The notes below the pieces were generated by a model, which ran no database searches, was not told the DNA's origin, and worked only from the letters and a program-made list of their open reading frames with translations. From Akkermansiaceae bacterium (GTDB taxonomy: Bacteria; Verrucomicrobiota; Verrucomicrobiia; Verrucomicrobiales; Akkermansiaceae), in NCBI GenBank assembly GCA_051251915.1, contig JBPOGF010000001.1:256001-320000 (forward strand): 64,000 nt of DNA. Reading direction: 5' to 3'. Position 1 is the first letter of the stretch, and each line of letters starts with the position of its first letter. Positions 29,541-39,892 of this stretch are shown here, one piece after another. A program made the translations under genes and the position numbers.

Positions 29541-30404
29541 TTATTTTGTGATGTTTTGTTCTAGGGCTTTGTCTAGTGCGTCTCCTCGGAGGTTGGTGGC
29601 GACGATTTTGCCGTCTTTGCCGATGAGGTATGTGGATGGGATGCTGGTGACTCCGAATTTGACTGCGAATTCGTTGACGCCGCCTTTGCCGTCGAAGTGT
29701 TGTGGCCAGGTCATTTCTTTGTTTTTGATGAAGGATTCTAGTTTGGCTTGATCGGCTTGTTTGTCTAGTGAGACGCCGATGATTTCGAATCCTTTGTCGT
29801 GGTATTTAGCGTATGCTTTCTGGAGGTGGGGGAGTTCTGCGATGCAGGGGCCGCACCAGGTGGCCCAGAAGTCGATGAGGACGACTTTGCCTTTCATTGC
29901 GGTGAGATCGACTTCTTCGCCTTGTAGGCTGGTGAATTTCATTTCTACGGTGTCGCCAACTTTAGGTTTGGTGAGTTTGGCTTTGAGGAGTTGGAAGCCG
30001 CTGATCAGTTGTTCTTCTTGGGCGTTGCCGGCGGCTTTCTTGATGGCTTGATCAAGGGCTGCGCTGGCTGCTTCTGGCTTTTTAACTTTTACGAGGAGGC
30101 TGTAGAGGCTGTTGGTGGTGCTGTAGAGGGCCATGGTATTGACGTCGGCTCCTGACCCGAGGGCGTTGAATTTTTCTTGGAAGATGGCGACGCTTTTTTC
30201 GGTTTCTCCTGTGACATTATATGAAATGAGAAGGAGTTGTTGTGCTCTTGCTTTGTCAGATGCGTCTGGATTTTCTTTGAGGTAGGCTTCTACTTCTGCT
30301 GCGGTGGCTTTAGCGTGTTTCTTGGCGATGTCGTCTGCGGGGCCTGCTAGTAGTGAGGAGTATAGGGCTAGGCCGAGAGTTGCTTTTAGTATGATATTTT
30401 TCAT
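29541..30404 (-). CDS. TlpA-family thiol-disulfide oxidoreductase
   Basis: Signal peptide; LIDFWATWCGPC; IIGVSLD; IPSTYLIGKDG. Confidence 0.93.
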   Translation of the reverse strand: MKNIILKATLGLALYSSLLAGPADDIAKKHAKATAAEVEAYLKENPDASDKARAQQLLLISYNVTGETEKSVAIFQEKFNALGSGADVNTMALYSTTNSLYSLLVKVKKPEAASAALDQAIKKAAGNAQEEQLISGFQLLKAKLTKPKVGDTVEMKFTSLQGEEVDLTAMKGKVVLIDFWATWCGPCIAELPHLQKAYAKYHDKGFEIIGVSLDKQADQAKLESFIKNKEMTWPQHFDGKGGVNEFAVKFGVTSIPSTYLIGKDGKIVATNLRGDALDKALEQNITK

Positions 30405-30579
30405 GATTAGGTGTGTCGTTGTTATTTTTTAAGTGGGGTTATCATGAATGGAGCGTTGTGGGGTGTGGGATTTGTTTATTTGCACTGAAGGTGAAAGTTT
30501 AAAGTAGAAAGGAAAAGGGATTGGTGCTTTGGCGGGAAGGTTTAGCTTTATCCTTTTTGCTGATTACTTTTTCTATCTT

Positions 30580-33500
30580 TTAGTAGCCTAGCCATGGGCC
30601 TAGCCATTTTTCGGCGGTGGGGATGTCCATGTTTTTGCGTTTGGCGTAGTCTTCTAGTTGGTCTTTTTGGATATTGTCGATGGCGAAGTATTTGGATTCT
30701 GGGTGGGAGAAGAGGAGGCCGGAGACGGCGGAGCCGGGGTGCATGGCGCAGGATTCTGTGAGTTCTACTCCGGTTTCTGCGGTGGCGTCTAGGAGGCGGA
30801 AGAGGGTTTCCTTTTCTGTGTGGTCTGGCTGTGATGGGTAGCCGGGGGCGGGGCGGATGCCTTGGTAGATTTCTTTGATGAGTTCGTTGTGGTTGAACTG
30901 GCCTGGTCGCTCGATTCCCCATGCGACGCGGGCGCGGTGGTGGAGGAGTTCTGCGAAGGCTTCTGCGAGGCGGTCAGCGATGGCTTGGACCATGATGGCT
31001 GAGTCTACTTCGTGCTTGGCGCGGAGGTCAGCTGCCCATTCGTCTGCACCTTCGATGCCTACTACGAAGCCGCCGATGTGGTCGGAGGCGTCTTGGTTGG
31101 GTGATAGGTAGTCGCTTAGGGCGTAGTGTGGGTTTTGGTTGTTGTTGGTTTTGGCGTTTTGTTGGCGGAGGGTGTGGAAGGCGGCATCGTGGTCTGGAAC
31201 GATGATATCGTCTCCTGATGTGTAGGCTGGGAAGAAGCCGTAGATTCCGTTGGCGGTGAATTTTTTCTCTGCTATGATTTCTTGGAGGAGTTGTTGGGCT
31301 TCTGAGTAGAGTTGCTGGGCGACTTTGGCGGCTTCTTCGTTTCTGGTTTTGAGGACTTTTGTTTCTCTGTCCCAGACTCCGCGGAGTTCCCAGGCGTGGA
31401 AGAATGGTGTCCAGTCGATGTATTCTGCGAGTTCACGGAGGGATTGGTTTTTGATGGCTCTTGTTCCTGTGAATTCTGGTTGGGGTGGGGTGTAGTTGTC
31501 CCAGTCGATTTTGACTTTGTTTTCGCGAGCTTTTTTGAGGGTGACGGTGGGTTTTGATTTTTTGTTGAAGGTTTCGCGAAGTTTGGTGTGTCGTTCTTCG
31601 TTTTTGGTGACGTAGTCTGCCTTGTGCTCATCTGAGATGAGGGATGTGGTGACGGGGACGGAGCGTGATGCGTCTAGGACGTGGACGATGGGGCCGGAGT
31701 AGTGTGGTGCGATTTTGACTGCGGTGTGGGCTGGGGAGGTGGTGGCTCCGCCGATGAGGACGGGGATGTTTAGTTCGCGGCGTTCTAGTTCTTTGGCGAC
31801 GTTTACCATTTCGTCTAGTGAGGGGGTGATGAGGCCGGAGAGGCCGATGATGTCGCAGCGTTTTTCGAGGGCGGTGTCGATGATTTTGTTGCCAGGGACC
31901 ATGACGCCCATGTCGATGACTTCGAAGCCGTTGCAGGCGAGGACTACGCCGACGATGTTTTTGCCGATGTCGTGGACGTCTCCTTTGACGGTAGCCATGA
32001 GGACGCGGCCAGCGGTCATGGATTTCTCTGCGTCATTTTCTGCTTGTTCTTGGGTGAGTGATGGGTCTTTGGCGATGAGTTCGGCGGCGATTTCTTTGAC
32101 TTTGATGGCTTTTTCTGCGGCCATGAAGGGTTCAAGATAGGCTACGGATTTTTTCATGACGCGGGCGGATTTGACGACTTGGGGGAGGAACATTTTTCCT
32201 GCGCCGAAGAGGTCTCCGACGATGCCCATGCCGTCCATGAGTGGGCCTTCGATGACTTTGAGGGGGATTTTGTATTGCTCTAGGGCTTCTGTGGTGTCTT
32301 CGACGATGAAGGTGTCTATGCCACGGAGGAGTGCGTGCTCTAGGCGTTTTTCAACGGTTTGTTTACGCCATTCTAGGTCTTCTTTTTGGTGTTCTTTTTT
32401 GATGCCTTTGAATTGCTCTGCGAAGTCTAACAGGCGCTCGGTTGCGTCTGGGTCGGTGTTGAGGAGGACGTCTTCGACGTGTTTGAGCATGTCTGGTTTG
32501 ACCTCGTCGTAGACTTCTAACATTCCGGCGTTGACGATGCCCATGTCCATTCCGGCTTGGCCTGCGTGGTAGAGGAAGGCTGCGTGCATGGCTTCACGGA
32601 CGGGGTTGTTGCCACGGAATGAGAATGAGACGTTGGAGACTCCGCCGGAGATTTTGGCTCCTGGGAGGTTTTCTTTGATCCATTTGGTGGCTTGGAAGAA
32701 GTCTACTGCGTAGTTGTTGTGTTCTTCGATTCCGGTGGCGACTGTTAGGATGTTGGGGTCGAAGATGATGTCTTGTGGGTTGAAGCCGACTTCGTTTACG
32801 AGGATGTTGTAGGCGCGCTGGCAGATGTCGATTTTGTCTTGGTAGGTGGCGGCTTGGCCGTTTTCATCGAATGCCATGACGACTACGGCTGCGCCGTATT
32901 TCATGATTTTGCGGGCGTATTCGCGGAAGAGGTCTTCACCTTCTTTGAGTGAGATGGAGTTTACGATTCCTTTTCCTTGGAGGCATTTGAGTCCTGCTTC
33001 GATGATTTCCCATTTTGAGGAGTCAACGGTGATGGGGACTTTGGTGATGTCTGGCTCTGATTGGACGAGGAGGAGGAACTTGGTCATCATTTCTACGCCG
33101 TCGATGAGGCCGTCATCGAAACAGATGTCGATGACTGGTGCGCCGTTTTCTACTTGTTGTCGGGCGACTGCGAGGGCGTCTTCTAGGCGCCCTTCTTTGA
33201 TCATTTTACGGAAGACTGGTGAGCCGGCGACGTTGGTGCGCTCGCCGATCATGAGGAAATTTTTGTCGGCGGTGTGGTTGTATGGCTCGGTGCCGGAGAG
33301 GCGCATGAGTGGCTCGATGACTGGGATCTTGCGTGGGGGTACGTTTTTGACTGCGCGGGCGATTTCTGCGATGTGTTCTGGGGTGTTTCCGCAGCAGCCG
33401 CCGGCAAAGTTGATGAAGCCTGAAGTGGCGAAGTCTTTGAGGCGCTCGTACATGTCGAGCGGTAGGAATGGGAAGCCGGTTTCTGAGAGGGCGTCTGGCA

Positions 33501-34410
33501 TTCCGGCGTTGGGGTAGCAGGAGACGAAGCATTCTGCGACCTTGGAGAGTTCTTCGATGAATGGGCGCATTTGCTCTGGGCCGAGTGAGCAGTTGAGGCC
33601 GATGGCGAGGGGCTTGGTGTGGGCGACGGCATTCCAGAATGCTTCTACTTTCTGGGCTGAGATCATGGTTTCTCCGCCGAGTCCGACTGCGGCTGAGATG
33701 ATGACTGGGAGATGGATGTTGTCTTCCTCGAAGATGTCTTGGATGGCGACGAGGGCGCATTTGGAGTTGAGGGCATCGAAGATGGTTTCGACCATGAGGA
33801 TGTCTACTCCGCCTTGGATGAGGGAGCGGATTTGGCGTTTGTAGTCTAGGTAGACTTGGTCCCAGGTGACGGTGCGGAAGCCGGGGTCATTTGGGTCTAC
33901 GGCGGCGTTGTTGAGGCCGACTGTCATGGGGCCGATGGCTCCCGCTGCGTAGCGTTTGATGCCGGTTTCTTTTTCTACTTCATCGCAGGCTTGTCGGGCG
34001 AGTTTGGCGGATTCGATGTTGAGTTCGTGGGCGAGGTCGATGAGGAATTGGTCTTCGATGACGCCTTGGTAGAAGTCTGGGTCTTTGCGGCCGCCGTCGC
34101 CTTTTTCGCGTGGATCTTCGACGAAGAATTCTGACTGGGCGATGGAGGTGCCGGAGAATGAGTTGGTCTCGATGATGTCTGAGCCAGCTTTTAAGAAACG
34201 TTTATGGATGTCTAGGATGACGTCTGGGCGGGTGATGGAGAGGATGTCGCCGTTGTTGAGGATGTCTTTTTCGTTGTCTTTGAATCGGTCGCCGCGAGCG
34301 TCTTCTTCTGTGAGTCCGTAGCCTCTGATGGTGGTACCCATGGCTCCGTCTAGGCAGAGGATGCGGGTTTCAAGTAGGGCTGTGAGTTCTGCGGTGGCGT
34401 CTGGTTGCAT
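30580..34410 (-). CDS. metH: B12-dependent methionine synthase
   Basis: [51 protein letters not shown]. Confidence 0.98.
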   Translation of the reverse strand: MQPDATAELTALLETRILCLDGAMGTTIRGYGLTEEDARGDRFKDNEKDILNNGDILSITRPDVILDIHKRFLKAGSDIIETNSFSGTSIAQSEFFVEDPREKGDGGRKDPDFYQGVIEDQFLIDLAHELNIESAKLARQACDEVEKETGIKRYAAGAIGPMTVGLNNAAVDPNDPGFRTVTWDQVYLDYKRQIRSLIQGGVDILMVETIFDALNSKCALVAIQDIFEEDNIHLPVIISAAVGLGGETMISAQKVEAFWNAVAHTKPLAIGLNCSLGPEQMRPFIEELSKVAECFVSCYPNAGMPDALSETGFPFLPLDMYERLKDFATSGFINFAGGCCGNTPEHIAEIARAVKNVPPRKIPVIEPLMRLSGTEPYNHTADKNFLMIGERTNVAGSPVFRKMIKEGRLEDALAVARQQVENGAPVIDICFDDGLIDGVEMMTKFLLLVQSEPDITKVPITVDSSKWEIIEAGLKCLQGKGIVNSISLKEGEDLFREYARKIMKYGAAVVVMAFDENGQAATYQDKIDICQRAYNILVNEVGFNPQDIIFDPNILTVATGIEEHNNYAVDFFQATKWIKENLPGAKISGGVSNVSFSFRGNNPVREAMHAAFLYHAGQAGMDMGIVNAGMLEVYDEVKPDMLKHVEDVLLNTDPDATERLLDFAEQFKGIKKEHQKEDLEWRKQTVEKRLEHALLRGIDTFIVEDTTEALEQYKIPLKVIEGPLMDGMGIVGDLFGAGKMFLPQVVKSARVMKKSVAYLEPFMAAEKAIKVKEIAAELIAKDPSLTQEQAENDAEKSMTAGRVLMATVKGDVHDIGKNIVGVVLACNGFEVIDMGVMVPGNKIIDTALEKRCDIIGLSGLITPSLDEMVNVAKELERRELNIPVLIGGATTSPAHTAVKIAPHYSGPIVHVLDASRSVPVTTSLISDEHKADYVTKNEERHTKLRETFNKKSKPTVTLKKARENKVKIDWDNYTPPQPEFTGTRAIKNQSLRELAEYIDWTPFFHAWELRGVWDRETKVLKTRNEEAAKVAQQLYSEAQQLLQEIIAEKKFTANGIYGFFPAYTSGDDIIVPDHDAAFHTLRQQNAKTNNNQNPHYALSDYLSPNQDASDHIGGFVVGIEGADEWAADLRAKHEVDSAIMVQAIADRLAEAFAELLHHRARVAWGIERPGQFNHNELIKEIYQGIRPAPGYPSQPDHTEKETLFRLLDATAETGVELTESCAMHPGSAVSGLLFSHPESKYFAIDNIQKDQLEDYAKRKNMDIPTAEKWLGPWLGY

Positions 34411-34451
34411 AGTGGTGATATTTAGACCACGAATGCGAAGAAATCAAGACT

Positions 34452-35672
34452 TCATATCGTCATATCTTGATTCGTTGATTTGTCTGGGAGGAGGAGGTTT
34501 CCTAGTGCTGCGGCGAGGGCTAGGAGGGTGGAGGTGATGAGGCAAGCGGTGAGGCCGCCGAAAAGGTAGGCGAGGCCTGAGAGTAGGGTTCCGATGAGTC
34601 TGCCGCAGGCGTTGGCCATATAGTAGAAGCCGACGTTGAGGGCGACTTCTTCTGTCTTGGTGTAGGCGAGAATGAGGTAGGAGTGAATGGAGGAGTTGAC
34701 GGCGAAGATGAGGCCGAAGATGCCGAGTCCGATGAGGAGTGAGGTGGTGGGGTGGAAGTTCCAGTGGATGGAGGCGGTGAGTGCTGCGCAAATTCCGACG
34801 AGGAGGAATGCCCAGGTTTTGAGGCTGGAGACAGCTTGTTTAAGACCGGCTTTGGCGCCACTGATGCGTGGGGCGGAGGCTTGGACGATGCCGTAGCCGA
34901 TGACCCAGGTGGCCATGAAGCCGCCGACTTGGGAGAATGTCCAGTTGAGTTGATCATGTAGGAAGATGGGGAGGCCTACGACGAACCAGACGTCTCGTGA
35001 GGCGAAGAGTGCTGCTCTGGCGATGGAGAGGCGGTTGATGGCGGAGCTTTTGGAGAAGAGTTGTGAGAACTTGACCTTGGTCTTCATTTTCCCGAAGTCT
35101 CCGCGGACGGTGCAGAGGGAGAGGATGAGGGCGAGAGCTGTGAGGCCTGCTAGGATATAGAGTGCGGGGTCGAATCCGATGGATGCGAGGAGGAATGCGC
35201 CGAGGAAGAAGCCGATGCCTTTGATGGCATTTTTAGATCCCGTGAGGATGGCGACTAGTTTGAATAGGCCGGATTCGTTGTCTTCGCTGACGAGGAGCTT
35301 GACGGAGCTTTTGGAGCTCATTTTGGTGAGGTCCTTGGCGACTCCTGAGAGGGCTTGGACTGCCATGACGAAGATGACTGATGCTAGGATGGTCCAGCTT
35401 TCTTGGAAGAGGGTGAGGCCGAGGAGGGCGGCGATTTGGAATCCTAAGCCGAAGAAGAGGGTGGATTTTAGTCCGAAGCGTGAGCCCATCCAGCCGCCGA
35501 AGAGGTTGGTGGCGATGCCTGCTACTTCGTAGAGGAGGAAGAGGAAGGCGAGTTTGTCTGGGGTGAATCCTAGTTCATGAAAGTGGAGGAGCACTAGCAT
35601 GCGTAGTGCGCCGTCGGTGAGCATGAAGACCCAGTAGGAGAGTGTTACTGAGATGTAGGATTTGGTGGTCAT
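34452..35672 (-). CDS. arsJ: Organoarsenical efflux MFS transporter ArsJ
   Basis: YWVFMLTDGALRMLVLLHFH, AKDLTKMSSKS, LTGSKNA, FASRDVWFVVGLP, FAVNSSIHSYLI, VGFYYMANACGRL; downstream of a GAPDH gene. Confidence 0.93.
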   Translation of the reverse strand: MTTKSYISVTLSYWVFMLTDGALRMLVLLHFHELGFTPDKLAFLFLLYEVAGIATNLFGGWMGSRFGLKSTLFFGLGFQIAALLGLTLFQESWTILASVIFVMAVQALSGVAKDLTKMSSKSSVKLLVSEDNESGLFKLVAILTGSKNAIKGIGFFLGAFLLASIGFDPALYILAGLTALALILSLCTVRGDFGKMKTKVKFSQLFSKSSAINRLSIARAALFASRDVWFVVGLPIFLHDQLNWTFSQVGGFMATWVIGYGIVQASAPRISGAKAGLKQAVSSLKTWAFLLVGICAALTASIHWNFHPTTSLLIGLGIFGLIFAVNSSIHSYLILAYTKTEEVALNVGFYYMANACGRLIGTLLSGLAYLFGGLTACLITSTLLALAAALGNLLLPDKSTNQDMTI

Positions 35673-35741
35673 GGGGTTGGTTAGCGGTGATCAGTAAGCG
35701 GTGATCGGGGCTAGGGTTGTGGTGGCTTGGGTAGATGAAAA

Positions 35742-35774
35742 TTTTTTACCGCGAAATACACTAAATACACGAAA
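35742..35774. repeat. Dispersed 33-bp intergenic repeat, copy 1
   Basis: TTTTTTACCGCGAAATACACTAAATACACGAAA, identical to 50443-50475. Confidence 0.9.
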
Positions 35775-35800
35775 AATTGCTTGGGTTGATGGTGAAGTAG

Positions 35801-36802
35801 TTAGAGGGAATTTGCTACTTTTTGGGTGAGCTCCATCATGCGGGCGGCGTAGCCTACTTCGTTGTCGTACCAGACTAGGATTTTTAGGAGGTTGCCGTCG
35901 ATGACCATGGTTGATGGGGCGTCTATGATGCCGCTGCGGGTGTCGTTGGTGTAGTCTGCGGAGACGAGTGGTTTTTCTTCGTAGCCGAGGATGCCTTTGA
36001 GATCTCCTTCTGCGGCGGATTTGAGGAGGGCGTTGACTTCTTCTACGGTGGTGTCTCTTTCTAGCTCGAATACGCAGTCTGTTAGAGATGCGTTGAGGAG
36101 CGGGACGCGGACTGCGATGCCGTTGAGTTTCCCTTTTAGGTCAGGGTAGATCATGGTGATGGCTGTGGCTGATCCGGTGGATGTGGGGATGAGTGAGTTC
36201 ACTGCGGAGCGTGCGCGGCGGAGGTCTTTGTGTGGGGCGTCTACGATGACTTGGGTGTTGGTGAGGTCATGTAGGGTGGTGATGGAGCCGTGTTTGATGC
36301 CGAGGTTCTCGTGAATGATTTTGATAGGGGGGGCGATGCAGTTTGTGGTGCATGATGCGGCGGTGAGGATGCGGTGTGTGGCTGGATCATAGAGGTGATC
36401 ATTGCATCCCATGACGACGTTGAGCGCTCCGCCTTCTTTGACGGGGGCTGCGACGATGACTTTTTTGACGCCTTGGTCGAAATATAGGTTGAGTGCGGCT
36501 TGGGTGCGGAATGCTCCGGAGGATTCGATGACGATGTCACAGTTTGACCAGTCGACTGCGTCGATGGTGTTTTTGTGAGTGACTGTGATTTCTTGGCCGT
36601 CAACTGTGATGGAGTTTTCGGTGTGGGAGATGTCTCTTTTCCAGCGACCGTGAACGGTGTCAAATTCTAGTAAGTGAGCGGCTGTTTCTGCGTTTCCTTT
36701 GTGCTCGTTGATTTGGACGATTTGGTATTCAGGGTGATCAAACCCTTCTCTGAAACCAAGTCTGCCCATTCTGCCAAATCCGTTTATTCCTACTTTCAAC
36801 AT
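35801..36802 (-). CDS. gap: ArsJ-associated glyceraldehyde-3-phosphate dehydrogenase
   Basis: [46 protein letters not shown]; upstream of arsJ on the same strand. Confidence 0.94.
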   Translation of the reverse strand: MLKVGINGFGRMGRLGFREGFDHPEYQIVQINEHKGNAETAAHLLEFDTVHGRWKRDISHTENSITVDGQEITVTHKNTIDAVDWSNCDIVIESSGAFRTQAALNLYFDQGVKKVIVAAPVKEGGALNVVMGCNDHLYDPATHRILTAASCTTNCIAPPIKIIHENLGIKHGSITTLHDLTNTQVIVDAPHKDLRRARSAVNSLIPTSTGSATAITMIYPDLKGKLNGIAVRVPLLNASLTDCVFELERDTTVEEVNALLKSAAEGDLKGILGYEEKPLVSADYTNDTRSGIIDAPSTMVIDGNLLKILVWYDNEVGYAARMMELTQKVANSL

Positions 36803-36847
36803 GCGCGGAGACTAGCAAAAAAGTGGTTGGAGGCAAGAGTAAGGTGT

Positions 36848-36865
36848 GTGACAAGATTGTTACAA
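36848..36865 (-). promoter_or_regulatory. Pho-box-like direct repeat upstream of gap-arsJ
   Basis: TTGTAAC-AATC-TTGTCAC (11-nt period) upstream of TTGCCT-16-TAGTCT. Confidence 0.55.
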
Positions 36866-36913
36866 GTGGTGCAGCGCTTACCGACTATTTTAGTGTAGCG
36901 AGGGATAAAGCAC

Positions 36914-37426
36914 TTACATTTGCATCGCTATAGCGATCTCTTCTTCTGAGATGAAGAAGGGGTCTTGGCTGGCGAGGTCTAACATTTCGTAAGTGAACTC
37001 GTCTTCCTTAGCTGCTTCAGCTTCAGCGGCAACTATTTCTTCGTAGGCTGAAAGCTCTTCTAGAGAGATGTCCTCGATGAAGCTAGTGTCTACTGAGGCG
37101 AGTGAGTCCGCGTTGTTGTGCTCTGAAGTCATGGTGGTGACGATGAGGGCACAGACTGCTGTAGCGCCTAAAGTGAGTGCTACTTTGTTGAACTTAGGAG
37201 CAAAGATACGTTGCCAGAATGATACTGGTGCGTCTTGATGCTGAAGACGGATTTCACGCATGACATTTCTGGAGAACATGGGGCTGGCTTGTACTGGAGA
37301 AGATTCTTCAGTGTTGTCCAGCAGTGTCCACACTGCATCATTTTCCAGTTCGTTGAGTTGATCTTTATTAAGTTCAACTGAATTGAGTGGTGATTGATTT
37401 TGAATGTTGTTTGTGTCGTTTTTCAT
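36914..37426 (-). CDS. Hypothetical single-TM protein (anti-sigma-like layout)
   Basis: DAVWTLL...SPMFSRNVMREIR, one TM segment, acidic C-terminus. Confidence 0.65.
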   Translation of the reverse strand: MKNDTNNIQNQSPLNSVELNKDQLNELENDAVWTLLDNTEESSPVQASPMFSRNVMREIRLQHQDAPVSFWQRIFAPKFNKVALTLGATAVCALIVTTMTSEHNNADSLASVDTSFIEDISLEELSAYEEIVAAEAEAAKEDEFTYEMLDLASQDPFFISEEEIAIAMQM

Positions 37427-37503
37427 TTTTTTTATGCTCCTGACATGTGTAGTAACCGCTCATATTAGGGAAAGTTGCAAGAAAGTTACGCAGTTATTTC
37501 ACT

Positions 37504-38526
37504 TTATTTACGGGTGACAGTGTAACCCTGCTTGCGGAGGAGATCTACGATGGTGTGCTCTCCGAGGTAGTGGAGGGCACCGGCTACGATGAAGTGTGAC
37601 TGATCTGGTGATTCTTTGAAGGTTTTGAGGATGTTTGCTGTCATTCTGTCGTTGCGTTTATTGAGGAGAAGTTTGCCAAATTTCTCGGCGACTTTTTGGT
37701 TGGTGCCTTCAATCGTTCCGAGGAGGGTCATGAGGGAGACTAATTGATCAGCATCGCCTTTGAGGTAGAGGTTCTTGATGAGCGACATGGAGTTGATCTT
37801 TTCTTTTTTGAGTATTTTTGCGGCAAAGAGTGAGTCTTTGAGGAGGGTATTCTGGTCGTCTTCTGTGAGTTGATCAAAGGTGCCTAGTTGTTCTTTCATG
37901 GTTTCAAGTGCCCAGCGTTTTTTCTCGTCGTTACTGGCTCTTTCCCAGAGTTGGAGGTCGAGGGCTGTGCCGCCTTTCATTTGTTCTTCGACCATGGCGT
38001 GAATGAGCATGACTGCCCAGGTTTTCATGTTGCTGAATGGGGCGGCGGAGAGTGATGGATGGACTTCTTTTAACTGGGCGTCTAGTTCGTTGTAGAGTTC
38101 TAGGCCGATGGATTCGACGAGGGATTTATTGTCATCGCGCATCATCATTTTAGTAGCTCTAAGCTGATTGATGATGCCCATGTCGATTTCTGTGGCTAGG
38201 GTGTCAGCTTGTTTATACGCGGTTTCGGCATCTGGGTGGAGGGTTGTGATGTTTTCATCCGAAACGTGGATACTGCCGAAGAGGTAGCTGGACTTTTTGA
38301 GGCCATTTCCTTCGACTGACCAGAGCATTGGTTTCTTGGGATGCTTGAGATCAGAGAGATCCTCATTGGCTATCTTGCTGGCCTTCTTAAGGGCTTGAGC
38401 TTGAGTAAGAGCCTGGGCTTGTAGTTGGGCTGGCTTCTCTGCCATTTCTTTAGCTGAGGAGAAGCTGAGACAGCCTAGAGAGAGGAAGATGGCGTGAGAG
38501 AAGATGACGACGTTACGTTTAAGCAT
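37504..38526 (-). CDS. TraB/GumN family protein
   Basis: LWSVEG...SYLFGSIHV, LET..EQL, RNDRM, FIVAGALHYLGE. Confidence 0.9.
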   Translation of the reverse strand: MLKRNVVIFSHAIFLSLGCLSFSSAKEMAEKPAQLQAQALTQAQALKKASKIANEDLSDLKHPKKPMLWSVEGNGLKKSSYLFGSIHVSDENITTLHPDAETAYKQADTLATEIDMGIINQLRATKMMMRDDNKSLVESIGLELYNELDAQLKEVHPSLSAAPFSNMKTWAVMLIHAMVEEQMKGGTALDLQLWERASNDEKKRWALETMKEQLGTFDQLTEDDQNTLLKDSLFAAKILKKEKINSMSLIKNLYLKGDADQLVSLMTLLGTIEGTNQKVAEKFGKLLLNKRNDRMTANILKTFKESPDQSHFIVAGALHYLGEHTIVDLLRKQGYTVTRK

Positions 38527-38635
38527 GAACGTAAACTAAATAGAAAACTTAGCTGTGACAATTAGTTTTTAGACCTGAAGTTGTGGTTTTTTGAGGGGGG
38601 AGGAGTTGGGAGGGGTGGTTGAATGATTATTGGGG

Positions 38636-39646
38636 TTAGCTTTCCCAGTTTGAGACTTTGTCTGCCATCCACTGAATCCAGAGTGGGTGGGTGTTTAGGC
38701 AGGGGATGAGTTCTAGATCTTCTCCGCCGTGTAAGATGAAGTCTTCTTTGCCGCGCATGGCGATTTCTTCGAGGGTTTCGAGGCAGTCTGAGATGAAGGC
38801 TGGGCAGATGACTTTGATCTTTTTGACTCCGGATTTAGCGAGTCTTTCGAGCTCGTGGTCGGTGTATGGTCCTAGCCATGGGGCCTTGAGGAGGCGGGAC
38901 TGGAATGAAATGGTGACGTCTTTTTCATCGATCCCTCCGTAAGCCATGAGTTCTTTTGCGGTGCTTAGGCACTGGTGGCGGTAGCATGTGGCGTGGGCTG
39001 GGTGGCAGGTGTCACAGCAGTCTGGAGTGATGAGGCAGTGGGCGTGTGAGGGATCGCTTTTCTGGACGTGGCGCTCTGGGATGCCGTGGAATGACATCAT
39101 GAGGTGGCTGTCGGAGCCTTCGTAGTGAGGGCGGATGGATTCCCAGAGTGCGTGGATGTATTTGGGGTCGTTGTAGAATGGCTGAACGAGTTTTGTCTTG
39201 ATGTTGGGGGCTTGTGACGCGAGTTCTTCCATGGTCTTGACGACAGCTGACTCGTAGCTGGACATGGCGTAGTGTGGGTAGAGAGGGATGATGAGTAGCT
39301 CGGTGATACCGGCTTTTTTGACCTCTGCGACGACGTCTGCTGTGGAAGGGTTACCGTAGCGCATGCCGAGGAAGATGGGGATCTCAGATTTCTCTTGGAG
39401 GAGTTTCTGCTGCGCTATGCTGGTGACGATAAGTGGGGAGCCTTCATCGGTCCAGACTTCTGAGTAGGCTTCAGCGCTTTCTGCTGGGCGCTTAGGGAGG
39501 ATGAAGAGTTTGAGGATGAGCTTTCGCTTCCATGCTGCCATGTCGAGCACGCGTTCATCGCTTAAGAATTCGTCGAGGTAAGTTCTCACGTCTGCCACTT
39601 CTGTGGAGTCTGGTGAGCCGAGATTGAGTAGTAGTGCGCCTTTCAT
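38636..39646 (-). CDS. hemH: Ferrochelatase
   Basis: LLNLGSP, MRYGNPS, PLYPHYA, SFHGIP, FQSRL, WLGPYT, DCLETLEEI. Confidence 0.97.
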   Translation of the reverse strand: MKGALLLNLGSPDSTEVADVRTYLDEFLSDERVLDMAAWKRKLILKLFILPKRPAESAEAYSEVWTDEGSPLIVTSIAQQKLLQEKSEIPIFLGMRYGNPSTADVVAEVKKAGITELLIIPLYPHYAMSSYESAVVKTMEELASQAPNIKTKLVQPFYNDPKYIHALWESIRPHYEGSDSHLMMSFHGIPERHVQKSDPSHAHCLITPDCCDTCHPAHATCYRHQCLSTAKELMAYGGIDEKDVTISFQSRLLKAPWLGPYTDHELERLAKSGVKKIKVICPAFISDCLETLEEIAMRGKEDFILHGGEDLELIPCLNTHPLWIQWMADKVSNWES

Positions 39647-39892
39647 ATTGGTTCGTTGTTTCTGCTGAAATTGTATGTGTCTAATGAAGCATGTTTTTTC
39701 AGAAACTACAGAAAGTTTTCATATAAAATGTTCCTTGTGGGATCTGGAGCATATTTTAGTGATGTTGGTAATTTTGGATTTTGATTCGAATGAATACTTA
39801 AGATGACGGTATTGATTTATAGGTTGATCTAGTTAGATTTGGTGTTTAGTCTATCAATTGGTATGTATTAGGACATTAACGTTTGTGAATTC

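Noticed and set aside
30548..35532. Many long overlapping or antisense ORFs in metH and arsJ (also in mutS, hemC and the vWA genes)
   Set aside because: Low-complexity R/P/H/S-rich translations produced by the strand bias depleting stop codons; no protein motifs.
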